Below are positions 41,615 to 56,600 of a DNA stretch of 64,000 nt, piece after piece. The notes beneath the pieces were generated by a model. That model searched no databases and was not told the DNA's origin. It worked only from the letters and a program-made list of their open reading frames with translations. The position numbers and the translations under genes are program-made. The stretch's first letter is position 1. Each line of letters starts with the position of its first letter. This DNA comes from Eledone cirrhosa (lineage: Eukaryota): assembly GCA_964016885.1 (NCBI GenBank), contig OZ024741.1, forward strand, positions 245,830,001 to 245,894,000, in the 5' to 3' direction.

Positions 41615-44600
41615 ATTTTTTTTTACAAATTATCTCCCCCTGATTTTTTTTTACAAATTATCTCCCCCTGATTTTTTTTTACAAATTATCTCCCCCTGAT
41701 TTTTTTTTACAAATTATCTCCGCCTGATTTTTTTTAAAAATTACCTCCCCTTGGACGGCTGGAAATTATCTCCCCTTGGACGGCTGGAAATTATCTCCCC
41801 TTGGACGGCTAGAAATTATCTCTCCTTGGACGGCTGAAAATTATCTCCCCTTGGACGGCAGCAAATTATCTCCACTTGATTTTTTTTACAAATTATCTCC
41901 CCCTGATTTTTTTTACAAATTATCTCCCCCTGATTTTTTTTACAAATTATCTACCCCTGATTTTTTTTACAAATTATCTCCCCCTGATTTTTTTTTACAA
42001 ATTATCTCCCCCTGATTTTTTTTTACAAATTATCTCCCCCTGATTTTTCTTTTACAAATTATCTCCCCCTGATTTTTTTACAAAGTATCTCCCCCTGATT
42101 TTTTTTACAATCTCCGCCTGATTTTTTTAAAAATTATCTTCCCTTGGCTGGCGGGAAATTATCTCCCCTTGGACGGCTGGAAATTATCTCCCCTTGGAAG
42201 GATGGAAATTATCTCCCCTTGGACGGCTGGAAATTATCTCCCCTTGCACGGCTGGAAATTATCTCCCCTTGGACGGATAGATATTACCTCCCCTTGGACG
42301 GCTGGAAATTATCTCCCCTTGATTTTTTTACAAATTATCTCCCCCTGATTTATTTTACAAATCTCCCAATGATTTTTAAAAAAAAATTATCTCCCCTTCG
42401 CTGGCTGGAAATTATCTCCCCTTGGACGCTGGAAATTATAGCCCCTTGGAGGGCTGGAAATTATCTTCCCTTGGACGGCTGGAAATTATCTCCCCTTGAT
42501 TTTTTTTACAAATTATCTCCCCCTGATTTTTTTTACAAATTATCTCCCCCTGATTTTTTTTACAAATTATCTACCCCTGATTTTTTTTACAAATTATCTC
42601 CCCCTGATTTTTTTTTACAAATTATCTCCCCCTGATTTTTTTTTACAAATTATCTCCCCCTGATTTTTTTACAAATTATCTCCCCCTGATTTTTTTTTAC
42701 AATCTCCGCCTGATTTTTTTAAAAATTATCTTCCCTTGGCTGGCTGGAAATTATCTCCCCTTGGACACTGGAAATTATAGCCCCTTGGAGGGCTGGAAAT
42801 TATCTTCCCTTGGACGGCTGGAAATTATCTCCCCTTGATTTTTTTTACAAATTAACTCCGCCTGATTTTTTTTTACAAATTATCTCCCCCTGATTTTTTT
42901 TTACAAATTATCTACCCCTGATTTTTTTTTACAAATTATCTCCCCCTGATTTTTTTTACAAATTATCTCCCCCTGATTTTTCTTTTACAAATTATCTCCC
43001 CCTGATTTTTTTACAAATTATCTCCCCCTGATTTTTTTTACAAATTATCTCCGCCTGATTTTTTTAAATATTATCTTCCCTTGGCTGGCGGGAAATTATC
43101 TCCCCTTGGACGGCTGGAAATTATCTGCCCTTGATTTTCTTTTTACAAATTATCTTCCACTGATTTTTTTTACAAATTATCTCCACCTGATTTTTTAAAA
43201 AATTATCTCCCCTTGGAAGGCTGGAAATTATCTCCCCTTGGACGGCTGGAAATTATCTCCCCTTGGACGGCTAGAAATTATCTCTCCTTGGACGGCTGAA
43301 AATTATCTCCCCTTGGACGGCTGCAAATTATCTCCCCTTGATTTTTTTTACAAATTATCTCCCCCTGATTTTTTTTTACAAATTATCTCCCCCTGATTTT
43401 TTTTTACAAATTATCTCCCCCTGATTTTTTTTTACAAATTATCTCCCCCTGATTTTTTTTTACAAATTATCTCCCCCTGATTTTTTTTTACAAATTATCT
43501 CCGCCTGATTTTTTTTAAAAATTACCTCCCCTTGGACGGCTGGAAATTATCTCCCCTTGGACGGCTGGAAATTATCTCCCCTTGGACGGCTAGAAATTAT
43601 CTCTCCTTGGACGGCTGAAAATTATCTCCCCTTGGACGGCTGCAAATTATCTCCACTTGATTTTTTTTACAAATTATCTCCCCCTGATTTTTTTTACAAA
43701 TTATCTCCCCCTGATTTTTTTTACAAATTATCTACCCCTGATTTTTTTTACAAATTATCTCCCCCTGATTTTTTTTTACAAATTATCTCCCCCTGATTTT
43801 TTTTTACAAATTATCTCCCCCTGATTTTTCTTTTACAAATTATCTCCCCCTGATTTTTTTACAAAGTATCTCCCCCTGATTTTTTTTACAATCTCCGCCT
43901 GATTTTTTTAAAAATTATCTTCCCTTGGCTGGCGGGAAATTATCTCCCCTTGGACGGCTGGAAATTATCTCCCCTTGGAAGGATGGAAATTATCTCCCCT
44001 TGGACGGCTGGAAATTATCTCCCCTTGCACGGCTGGAAATTATCTCCCCTTGGACGGATAGATATTACCTCCCCTTGGACGGCTGGAAATTATCTCCCCT
44101 TGATTTTTTTACAAATTATCTCCCCCTGATTTATTTTACAAATCTCCCAATGATTTTTAAAAAAAAATTATCTCCCCTTCGCTGGCTGGAAATTATCTCC
44201 CCTTGGACGCTGGAAATTATAGCCCCTTGGAGGGCTGGAAATTATCTTCCCTTGGACGGCTGGAAATTATCTCCCCTTGATTTTTTTTACAAATTATCTC
44301 CCCCTGATTTTTTTTACAAATTATCTCCCCCTGATTTTTTTTACAAATTATCTACCCCTGATTTTTTTTACAAATTATCTCCCCCTGATTTTTTTTTACA
44401 AATTATCTCCCCCTGATTTTTTTTTACAAATTATCTCCCCCTGATTTTTTTACAAATTATCTCCCCCTGATTTTTTTTTACAATCTCCGCCTGATTTTTT
44501 TAAAAATTATCTTCCCTTGGCTGGCTGGAAATTATCTCCCCTTGGACACTGGAAATTATAGCCCCTTGGAGGGCTGGAAATTATCTTCCCTTGGACGGCT

Positions 44601-44618
44601 GGAAATTATCTCCCCTTG
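41615..44618 (+). repeat. ~1.2-kb block with locally private variants, duplicated at offset 1,781
   Basis: ORF pairs 41776/43557 and 42144/43925. Markers GGACGGATAGATATTACC, GATTTATTTTAC and CCCAATGAT are present in both copies. The match ends at 42837/44618. Confidence 0.88.
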
Positions 44619-47600
44619 CACGGCTGGAAATTATCTCCCCTTGGCTGGAAATTATCTCCCCTTGGACGGCTGAAAATTATCTCCCCTTGGACGGCTGGAA
44701 ATTATCTCCCCTTGATTCTTTTTACAAATTATCTCCCCCTGATTTTTTTTTACAAATTATCTCCCCCTGATTTTTTTACAAATTATCTCCCCCTGATTTT
44801 TTTTTACAAATTATCTCCCCCTGATTTTTTTTACAAATTATTTCCCTCTGATTTTTTTGCAAATTATCTCCCCCTGATTTTTTTTTTACAAATTATCTCC
44901 CCCTGATTTTTTTTTACAAATTATCTCCCCCTGATTTTTTTTTACAAATTATCTCCCCCTGATTTTTTTTACAAATTATCTCCCCCCTGATTTTTTTACA
45001 AATTATCTCCCCTTGGCTGGCTGGAAATTATCTCCCCTTGGAGGCTGGAACTTATCTCCCCTTGGACGGCTAGAAATTACCTCTCCTTGGACGGCTGGAA
45101 AATATGTCTCCTTGGACGGCTGGATATTATCTCCCCTTGGACGGCTGGAAATTATCTCCCCTTGGACGGCTGGAAATTATCTCCCATTGGATGGCTAGAT
45201 ATTACCTCCCCTTGGACGGCTGGAAATTATCTCCCCTTGATCTTTTTACAAATTATCTCCCCCTGATTTTTTTTTTACAAATTATCTCCCCCTGATTTTT
45301 TTTTACAAATTATCTACCCCTGATTTTTTTTTACAAATTATCTCCCCCTGATTTTTTTTACAAATTATCTCCCCCTGATTTTTTTTTTACAAATTATCTC
45401 CCCCTGATTTTTTTACAAATTATCTCCCACTGATTTTTTTTACAAATTATCTCCGCCTGATTTTTTTAAATATTATCTCTCCTTGGCTGGCGGGAAATTA
45501 TCTCCCCTTGGACGGCTGGAAATTATCTCCCCTTGGAAGGATGGAAATTATCTCCCCTTGGACGGCTGGAAATTATCTACCCCTGATTTTTTTTACAAAT
45601 TATCTCCCCCTGATTTTTTTTACAAATTATCTCCCCCTGATTTTTTTTACAAATTATCTACCCCTGATTTTTTTTACAAATTATCTCCCCCTGATTTTTT
45701 TTTACAAATTATCTCCCCCTGATTTTTTTACAAATTATCTCCCCCTGATTTTTTTTACAATCTCCGCCTGATTTTTTTAAAAATTGTCTTCCCTTGGCTG
45801 GCTGGAAATTATCTCCCCTTGGACACTGGATATTATAGCCCCTTGGAGGGCTGGAAATTATCTTCCCTTGGACGGCTGGAAATTATCTCCCCTTGATTTT
45901 TTTTACAAATTATCTCCGCCTGATTTTTTTTTACAAATTATCTCCCCCTGATTTTTTTTTACAAATTATCTACCCCTGATTTTTTTTTACAAATTATCTC
46001 CCCCTGATTTTTTTTACAAATTATCTCCCCCTGATTTTTCTTTTACAAATTATCTCCCCCTGATTTTTTTACAAATTATCTCCCCCTGATTTTTTTTACA
46101 AATTATCTCCGCCTGATTTTTTTAAATATTATCTTCCCTTGGCTGGCGGGAAATTATCTCCCCTTGGACGGCTGGAAATTATCTGCCCTTGATTTTCTTT
46201 TTACAAATTATCTTCCACTGATTTTTTTTACAAATTATCTTCACCTGATTTTTTAAAAAATTATCTCCCCTTGGAAGGCTGGAAATTATCTCCCCTTGGA
46301 CGGCTGGAAATTATCTCCCCTTGGACGGCTAGAAATTATCTCTCCTTGGACGGCTGAAAATTATCTCCCCTTGGACGGCTGCAAATTATCTCCCCTTGAT
46401 TTTTTTTACAAATTATCTCCCCCTGATTTTTTTTACAAATTATCTCCCCCTGATTTTTTTACAAATTATCTACCCCTGATTTTTTTTACAAATTATCTCC
46501 CCCTGATTTTTTTTTACAAATTATCTCCCCCTGATTTTTTTTTACAAATTATCTCCCCCTGATTTTTTTTTACAAATTATCTCCCCCTGATTTTTTTACA
46601 AATTATCTCCCCCTGATTTTTTTTACAATCTCCGCCTGATTTTTTTAAAAATTATCTTCCCTTGGCTGGCGGGAAATTATCTCCCCTTGGACGGCTGGAA
46701 ATTATCTCCCCTTGGAAGGATGGAAATTATCTCCCCTTGGACGGCTGGAAATTATCTCCCCTTGCACGGCTGGAAATTATCTCCCCTTGGCTGGAAATTA
46801 TCTCCCCTTGGACGGCTAGAAATTATCTCTCTTTGGACGGCTGGAAATTATCTCCCTTTGATTTTTTTTACAAATTATCTCCCTCTGATTTTTTTTACAA
46901 ATCTCCCCCTGATTTTTTTAAAAAAATTATCTCCCCTTCGCTGGCTGGAAATTATCTTCCCTTGGACGGCTGGAAATTATCTCCCCTTGATTTTTTTTAC
47001 AAATTATCTCCGCCTGATTTTTTTTTTAAATTATCTCTCCTTGGACGGCTGGAAATTATCTCCCCTTGATTTTTTTTACAAATAATCTCCCCCTGATTTT
47101 TTTTTATAAATTATCTCCCCCTGATTTTTTTTTACAAATTATCTACCCCTGATTTTTTTTTACAAATTATCTCCCCCTGATTTTTTTTACAAATTATCTC
47201 CCCCTGATTTTTCTTTTACAAATTATCTCCCCCTGATTTTTTTACAAATTATCTCCCCCTGATTTTTTTTACAAATTGTCTCCGCCTGATTTTTTTAAAT
47301 ATTATCTTCCCTTGGCTGGCGGGAAATTACCTCCCCTTGGACGGCTGGAAATTATCTGCCCTTGATTTTCTTTTTACAAATTATCTTCCACTGATTTTTT
47401 TTACAAATTATCTCCACCTGATTTTTTAAAAAATTATCTCCCCTTGGAAGGCTGGAAATTATCTCCCCTTGGACGGCTAGAAATTATCTCTCTTTGGACG
47501 GCTGGAAATTATCACCCCTTGAGTTTTTTACAAATTATCTCCCCCTGATTTTTTTTACAAATCTCCCAGTGATTTTTAAAAAAAAATTATCTCCCCTTCG

Positions 47601-50600
47601 CTGGCTGGAAATTATCTCCCCTTGGACGCTGGAAATTATAGCCCCTTGGAGGGCTGGAAATTATCTTCCCTTGGACGGCTGGAAATTATCTCCCCTTGGA
47701 CGGCTGGAAATTATCTCTCCTTGGACGGCTAGAATTTACCTCTCCTTGGACGGCTGAAAATTATCTCCCCTTGAACGGCTGGAAATTATCTCCCCTTGAT
47801 TTTTTTTACAAATTATCTCCCCCTTTTTTTTTTTTACAAATTATCTCCCCCTGATTTTTTTTTACAAATTATCTCCACCTGATTTTTTTTTACAAATTAT
47901 CTCCCCCTGATTTTTTTTACAAATTATCTCCCCCCTGATTTTTTTACAAATTATCTCCCCTTGGCTGGTTGGAAATTATCTCCCCTTGGAGGCTGGAACT
48001 TATCTCCCCTTGGACGGCTAGAAATTACCTCTCCTTGGACGGCTGGAAAATATGTCTCCTTGGACGGCTGGATATTATCTCCCCTTGGACGGCTGGAAAT
48101 TATCTCCCCTTGGACGGCTGGAAATTATCTCCCCTTGGATGGCTAGATATTACCTCCCCTTGGACGGCTGGAAATTATCTCCCCTTGATTTTTTTAACAA
48201 ATTATCTCCCCCTGATTTTTTTTACAAATTATCTCCCCCTGATTTTTTTTAAAAAATTATCTCCCCCTGATTTTTGTTTACAAATTATCTCCGCCTGATT
48301 TTTTTTAACAAATTATCTCCCCTTGGACGGCTGGAAATTATCTCCCCTTGGACGGCTGGAAATTATATCTCCTTGGACGGCTAGAATTTACCTCTCCTTG
48401 GACGGCTGAAAATTATCTCCCCTTGGACGGCTGGAAATTATCTCCCCTTGATTTTTTTTACAAATTATCTCCCCCTGATTTTTTTTTACAAATTATCTCC
48501 CCCTGATTTTTTTTTACAAATTATCTCCCCCTGATTTTTTTTTACAAATTATCTCCCCCTGATTTTTTTACAAATTATCTTCCCTTGGCTGGCTGGAAAT
48601 TATCTCCCCTTGGAGGCTGGAACTTATCTCCACTTGGACGGCTAGAAATTACCTCTCCTTGGACGGCTGGAAAATATGTCTCCTTGGACGGCTGGATATT
48701 ATCTCCCCTTGGACGGCTGGAAATTATCTCCCCTTGGACGGCTGGAAATTATCTCCCCTTGGATGGCTAGATATTACCTCCCCTTGGACGGCTGGAAATT
48801 ATCTCCCCTTGATTTTTTTTACAAATTATCTCCCCCTGATTTTTTTTTACAAATTATCTCCCCCTGATTTTTTTTTACAAATTATCTCCCCCTGATTTTT
48901 GTTTACAAATTATCTCCGCCTGATTTTTTTTTTTAAATTATCTCCCCTTGGACGGCTGGAAATTATCTCCCCTTGGACGGCTAGAAATTACCTCTCCTTG
49001 GACGGCTGAAAATTATCTCCCCTTGGACGGCTGGAAATTATCTCCCCTTGATTTTTTTACAAATTATCTCCCCCTGATTTTTTTTTTACAAATTATCTCC
49101 CCCTGATTTTTTTTTACAAATTATCTACCCCTGATTTTTTTTTACAAATTATCTCCCCCTGATTTTTTTTTACAAATTATCTACCCCTGATTTTTTTTAC
49201 AAATTATCTCCCCCTGATTTTTTTTACAAATTATCTCCCCCTGATTTTTTTTTTACAAATTATCTCCCCCTGATTTTTTTACAAATTATCTCCCCCTGAT
49301 TTTTTTTACAAATTATCTCCGCCGGATTTTTTTAAATATTATCTTCCCTTGGCTTGCGGGAAATTATCTCCCCTTGGACGGCTGAAAATTATCTCCCCTT
49401 GGACGGCTGGAAATTATCTCCCCTTGCACGGCTGGAAATTATCTCCCCTTGGACGGCTAGAAATTATCTCTCTTTGGACGGCTGGAAATTATCTCCCTTT
49501 GATTTTTTTTACAAATTATCTCCCTCTGATTTTTTTTACGAATCTCCCCCTGATTTTTTTAAAAAAATTATCTCCCCTTCGCTGGCTGGAAATTATCTCC
49601 CCTTGGACACTGGAAATTATAGCCCCTTGGAGGGCTGGAAATTATCTTCCCTTGGACGGCTGGAAATTATCTCCCCCTGATTTTTTTTACAAATTATCTC
49701 CGCCTTATTTTTTTAAAAAGTTATCTCTCCTTGGACGGCTGGAAATTATCTCCCCTTGATTTTTTTTACAAATAATCTCCCCCTGATTTTTTTTTACAAA
49801 TTATCTCCCCCTGATTTTTTTTTACAAATTATCTACCCCTGATTTTCTTTTACAAATTATCTCCCCCTGATTTTTGTTACAAATTATCTCCCCCTGATTT
49901 TTCTTTTACAAATTATCTCCCCCTGATTTTTTTTACAAATTATCTCCGCCTGATTTTTTTAAATATTATCTTCCCTTGGCTGGCGGGAAATTATCTCCCC
50001 TTGGATGGCTGGAAATTATCTGCCCTTGATTTTCTTTTTACAAATTATCTTCCACTGATTTTTTTTACAAATTATCTCCACCTGATTTTTTTAAAAATTA
50101 TCTCCCCTTGGAAGGCTGGAAATTATCTCCCCTTGGCTGGAAATTATCTCCCCTTGGACGGCTAGAAATTATCTCTCTTTGTACGGCTGGAAATTATCAC
50201 CCCTTGAGTTTTTTACAAATTATCTCCCCCTGATTTTTTTTACAAATCTCCCAGTGTTTTTTAAAAAAAATTATCTCCCCTTCGCTGGCTGGAAATTATC
50301 TCCCCTTGGACGCTGGAAATTATAGCCCCTTGGAGGGCTGGAAATTATCTTCCCTTGGACGGCTGGAAATTATCTCCCCTTGATTTTTTTTACAAATTAT
50401 CTCCTCCTGATTTTTTTTTACAAATTATCTCCCCCTGATTTTTTTTTACAACTTATCTGCGCCTGATTTTTTTAAAAAAATTATCTTCCCTTGGACGGCT
50501 GGAAATTATCTCCCCTTGGACGGCTGGAAATTATCTCTCCTTGGACGGCTAGAATTTACCTCTCCTTGGACGGCTGAAAATTATCTCCCCTTGGACGGCT

Positions 50601-53600
50601 GGAAATTATCTCCCCTTGATTTTTTTTACAAATTATCTCCCCCTGATTTTTTTTTACAAATTATCTGCCCCTGATTTTTTTTTACAAATTATCTCACCCT
50701 GATTTTTTTTTTAAAATTATCTCCCCCTGATTTTTTTTACAAATTATCTCCCCCTGATTTTTTTACAAATTATCTCCCCTTGGCTGGCTGGAAATTATCT
50801 CCCCTTGGAGGCTGGAACTTATGTCCCCTTGGACGGCTAGAAATGACCTCTCCTTGGACGGCTGGAAAATATGTCTCCTTGGACGGCTGGATATTATCTC
50901 CCCTTGGACGGCTGGAAATTATCTCCCCTTGGACGGCTGGAAATTATCTCCCCTTGGATGGCTAGATATTACCTCCCCTTGGACGGCTGGAAATTATCTC
51001 CCCTTGATTTTTTTTACAAATTATCTCCCCCTGATTTTTTTTTACAAATTTTCTCCCCCTGATTTTTGTTTACAAATTATCTCCGCCTGATTTTTTTTTA
51101 AAAATTATCTCCCCTTGGACGGCTGGAAATTATCTCCCCTTGGACGGCTAGAAATTACCTCTCCTTGGACGGCTGAAAATTATCTCCCCTTGGACGGCTG
51201 GAAATTATCTCCCCTTGATTTTTTTACAAATAATCTCCCCCTGATTTTTTTTTACAAATTATCTCCCCCTGATTTTTTTTTTACAAATTATCTCCCCCTG
51301 ATTTTTTTTTACAAATTATCTACCCCTGATTTTTTTTACAAATTATCTCCCCCTGATTTTTTTTACAAATTATCTCCCCCTGATTTTTTTTTACAAATTA
51401 TCTCCCCCTGATTTTTTTACAAATTATCTCCCCCTGATTTTTTTTACAAATTATCTCCGCCTGATTTTTTTAAATATTATCTTCCCTTGGCTGGCGGGAA
51501 ATTATCTCCCCTTGGACGGCTGAAAATTATCTCCCCTTGGACGGCTGGAAATTATCTCCCCTTGATTCTTTTTACAAATTATCTCCCCCTGATTTTTTTT
51601 TACAAATTATCTCCCCCTGATTTTTTTACAAATTATCTCCCCCTGATTTTTTTTTACAAATTATCTCCCCCTGATTTTTTTTACAAATTATTTCCCTCTG
51701 ATTTTTTTGCAAATTATCTCCCCCTGATTTTTTTTTTACAAATTATCTCCCCCTGATTTTTTTTTACAAATTATCTCCCCCTGATTTTTTTTTACAAATT
51801 ATCTCCCCCTGATTTTTTTTACAAATTATCTCCCCCCTGATTTTTTTACAAATTATCTCCCCTTGGCTGGCTGGAAATTATCTCCCCTTGGAGGCTGGAA
51901 CTTATCTCCCCTTGGACGGCTAGAAATTACCTCTCCTTGGACGGCTAGAAAATATGTCTCCTTGGACGGCTGGATATTATCTCCCCTTGGACGGCTGGAA
52001 ATTATCTCCCCTTGGACGGCTGGAAATTATCTCCCATTGGATGGCTAGATATTACCTCCCCTTGGACGGCTGGAAATTATCTCCCCTTGATCTTTTTACA
52101 AATTATCTCCCCCTGATTTTTTTTTTACAAATTATCTCCCCCTGATTTTTTTTTACAAATTATCTACCCCTGATTTTTTTTTACAAATTATCTCCCCCTG
52201 ATTTTTTTTACAAATTATCTCCCCCTGATTTTTTTTTACAAATTATCTCCCCCTGATTTTTTTACAAATTATCTCCCACTGATTTTTTTTACAAATTATC
52301 TCCGCCTGATTTTTTTAAATATTATCTCTCCTTGGCTGGCGGGAAATTATCTCCCCTTGGACGGCTGGAAATTATCTCCCCTTGGAAGGATGGAAATTAT
52401 CTCCCCTTGGACGGCTGGAAATTATCTCTCCTTGGACGGCTAGAATTTACCTCTCCTTGGACGGCTGAAAATTATCTCCCCTTGAACGGCTGGAAATTAT
52501 CTCCCCTTGATTTTTTTTACAAATTATCTCCCCCTTTTTTTTTTTTACAAATTATCTCCCCCTGATTTTTTTTTACAAATTATCTCCCCCTGATTTTTTT
52601 TTACAAATTATCTCCCCCTGATTTTTTTTACAAATTATCTCCCCCCTGATTTTTTTACAAATTATCTCCCCTTGGCTGGTTGGAAATTATCTCCCCTTGG
52701 AGGCTGGAACTTATCTCCCCTTGGACGGCTAGAAATTACCTCTCCTTGGACGGCTGGAAAATATGTCTCCTTGGACGGCTGGATATTATCTCCCCTTGGA
52801 CGGCTGGAAATTATCTCCCCTTGGACGGCTGGAAATTATCTCTCCTTGGATGGCTAGATATTACCTCCCCTTGGACGGCTGGAAATTATCTCCCCTTGAT
52901 TTTTTTAACAAATTATCTCCCCCTGATTTTTTTTACAAATTATCTCCCCCTGATTTTTTTTAAAAAATTATCTCCCCCTGATTTTTGTTTACAAATTATC
53001 TCCGCCTGATTTTTTTTAACAAATTATCTCCCCTTGGACGGCTGGAAATTATCTCCCCTTGGACGGCTGGAAATTATATCTCCTTGGACGGCTAGAATTT
53101 ACCTCTCCTTGGACGGCTGAAAATTATCTCCCCTTGGACGGCTGGAAATTATCTCCCCTTGATTTTTTTTACAAATTATCTCCCCCTGATTTTTTTTTAC
53201 AAATTATCTCCCCCTGATTTTTTTTTACAAATTATCTCCCCCTGATTTTTGTTTACAAATTATCTCCGCCTGATTTTTTTTTTAAAATTATCTCCCCTTG
53301 GACGGCTGGAAATTATCTCCCCTTGGACGGCTAGAAATTACCTCTCCTTGGACGGCTGAAAATTATCTCCCCTTGGACGGCTGGAAATTATCTCCCCTTG
53401 ATTTTTTTACAAATTATCTCCCCCTGATTTTTTTTTTACAAATTATCTCCCCCTGATTTTTTTTTACAAATTATCTACCCCTGATTTTTTTTTACAAATT
53501 ATCTCCCCCTGATTTTTTTTTACAAATTATCTACCCCTGATTTTTTTTACAAATTATCTCCCCCTGATTTTTTTTACAAATTATCTCCCCCTGATTTTTT

Positions 53601-56600
53601 TTTTACAAATTATCTCCCCCTGATTTTTTTACAAATTATCTCCCCCTGATTTTTTTTACAAATTATCTCCGCCGGATTTTTTTAAATATTATCTTCCCTT
53701 GGCTTGCGGGAAATTATCTCCCCTTGGACGGCTGAAAATTATCTCCCCTTGGACGGCTGGAAATTATCTCCCCTTGATTTTTTTTACAAATTATCTCCCC
53801 CTGATTTTTTTTTACAAATTATCTCCCCCTGATTTTTTTTACAAATTATCTCCCCCTGATTTTTTTTACAAATTATCTCCCCCTGATTTTTTTTACAAAT
53901 TATCTCCCCCTGATTTTTTTTTACAAATTATCTCCCCCTGATTTTTTTACAAATTATCTCCCCCTGATTTTTTTTACAAATTATCTCCGCCTGATTTTTT
54001 AAAATATTATCTTCCCTTGGCTGGCGGGAAATTATCTCCCCTGGACGGCTGGAAATTATCTGCCCTTGATTTTCTTTTTACAAATTAACTTCCACTGATT
54101 TTTTTTACAAATTATCTCCACCTGATTTTTTTAAAAATTATCTCCCCTTGGAAGGCTGGAAATTATCTCCCCTTGGCTGGAAATTATCTCCCCTTGGACG
54201 GCTAGAAATTATCTCTCTTTGGACGGCTGGAAATTATCACCCCTTGAGTTTTTTACAAATTATCTCCCCCTGATTTTTTTTACAAATCTCCCAGTGATTT
54301 TTAAAAAAAAATTATCTTCCCTTCGCTGGCTGGAAATTATCTCCCCTTGGACGCTGGAAATTATAGCCCCTTGGAGGGCTGGAAATTATCTTCCCTTGGA
54401 CGGCTGGAAATTACCTCCCCTTGATTTTTTTTACAAATTATCTCCCCCTGATTTTTTTTTACAAATTATCTCCCCCTGATTTTTTTTTACAACTTATCTG
54501 CGCCTGATTTTTTTAAAAAAATTATCTCCCCTTGGACGGCTGGAAATTATCTCCCTTTGGACGGCTGGAAATTATCTCTCCTTGGACGGCTAGAATTTAC
54601 CTCTCCTTGGACGGCTGAAAATTATCTCCCCTTGGACGGCTGGAAATTATCTCCCCTTGATTTTTTTTACAAATTATCTCCCCCTGATTTTTTTTTACAA
54701 ATTATCTCCCCCTGATTTTTTTACAAATTATCTCCCACTGATTTTTTTTACAAATTATCTCCGCCTGATTTTTTTAAATATTATCTCTCCTTGGCTGGCG
54801 GGAAATTATCTCCCCTTGGACGGCTGGAAATTATCTCCCCTTGGAAGGATGGAAATTATCTCCCCTTGGACGGCTGGAAATTATCTACCCCTGATTTTTT
54901 TTACAAATTATCTCCCCCTGATTTTTTTTACAAATTATCTCCCCCTGATTTTTTTTACAAATTATCTACCCCTGATTTTTTTTACAAATTATCTCCCCCT
55001 GATTTTTTTTTACAAATTATCTCCCCCTGATTTTTTTTACAAATTATCTACCCCTGATTTTTTTACAAATTATCTCCCCCTGATTTTTTTTACAATCTCC
55101 GCCTGATTTTTTTAAAAATTGTCTTCCCTTGGCTGGCTGGAAATTATCTCCCCTTGGACACTGGAAATTATAGCCCCTTGGAGGGCTGGAAATTATCTTC
55201 CCTTGGACGGCTGGAAATTATCTCCCCTTGATTTTTTTTACAAATTATCTCCGCCTGATTTTTTTTTACAAATTATCTCCCCCTGATTTTTTTTTACAAA
55301 TTATCTACCCCTGATTTTTTTTTACAAATTATCTCCCCCTGATTTTTTTTACAAATTATCTCCCCCTGATTTTTCTTTTACAAATTATCTCCCCCTGATT
55401 TTTTTACAAATTATCTCCCCCTGATTTTTTTTACAAATTATCTCCGCCTGATTTTTTTAAATATTATCTTCCCTTGGCTGGCGGGAAATTATCTCCCCTT
55501 GGACGGCTGGAAATTATCTGCCCTTGATTTTCTTTTTACAAATTATCTTCCACTGATTTTTTTTACAAATTATCTCCACCTGATTTTTTAAAAAATTATC
55601 TCCCCTTGGAAGGCTGGAAATTATCTCCCCTTGGACGGCTGGAAATTATCTCCCCTTGGACGGCTAGAAATTATCTCTCCTTGGACGGCTGAAAATTATC
55701 TCCCCTTGGACGGCTGCAAATTATCTCCCCTTGATTTTTTTTACAAATTATCTCCCCCTGATTTTTTTTACAAATTATCTCCCCCTGATTTTTTTACAAA
55801 TTATCTACCCCTGATTTTTTTTACAAATTATCTCCCCCTGATTTTTTTTTACAAATTATCTCCCCCTGATTTTTTTTTACAAATTATCTCCCCCTGATTT
55901 TTTTTTTACAAATTATCTCCCCCTGATTTTTTTACAAATTATCTCCCCCTGATTTTTTTTACAATCTCCGCCTGATTTTTTTAAAAATTATCTTCCCTTG
56001 GCTGGCGGGAAATTATCTCCCCTTGGACGGCTGGAAATTATCTCCCCTTGGAAGGATGGAAATTATCTCCCCTTGGACGGCTGGAAATTATCTCCCCTTG
56101 CACGGCTGGAAATTATCTCCCCTTGGCTGGAAATTATCTCCCCTTGGACGGCTAGAAATTATCTCTCTTTGGACGGCTGGAAATTATCTCCCTTTGATTT
56201 TTTTTACAAATTATCTCCCTCTGATTTTTTTTACAAATCTCCCCCTGATTTTTTTAAAAAAATTATCTCCCCTTCGCTGGCTGGAAATTATCTTCCCTTG
56301 GACGGCTGGAAATTATCTCCCCTTGATTTTTTTTACAAATTATCTCCGCCTGATTTTTTTTTTAAATTATCTCTCCTTGGACGGCTGGAAATTATCTCCC
56401 CTTGATTTTTTTTACAAATAATCTCCCCCTGATTTTTTTTTATAAATTATCTCCCCCTGATTTTTTTTTACAAATTATCTACCCCTGATTTTTTTTTACA
56501 AATTATCTCCCCCTGATTTTTTTTACAAATTATCTCCCCCTGATTTTTCCTTTACAAATTATCTCCCCCTGATTTTTTTACAAATTATCTCCCCCTGATT

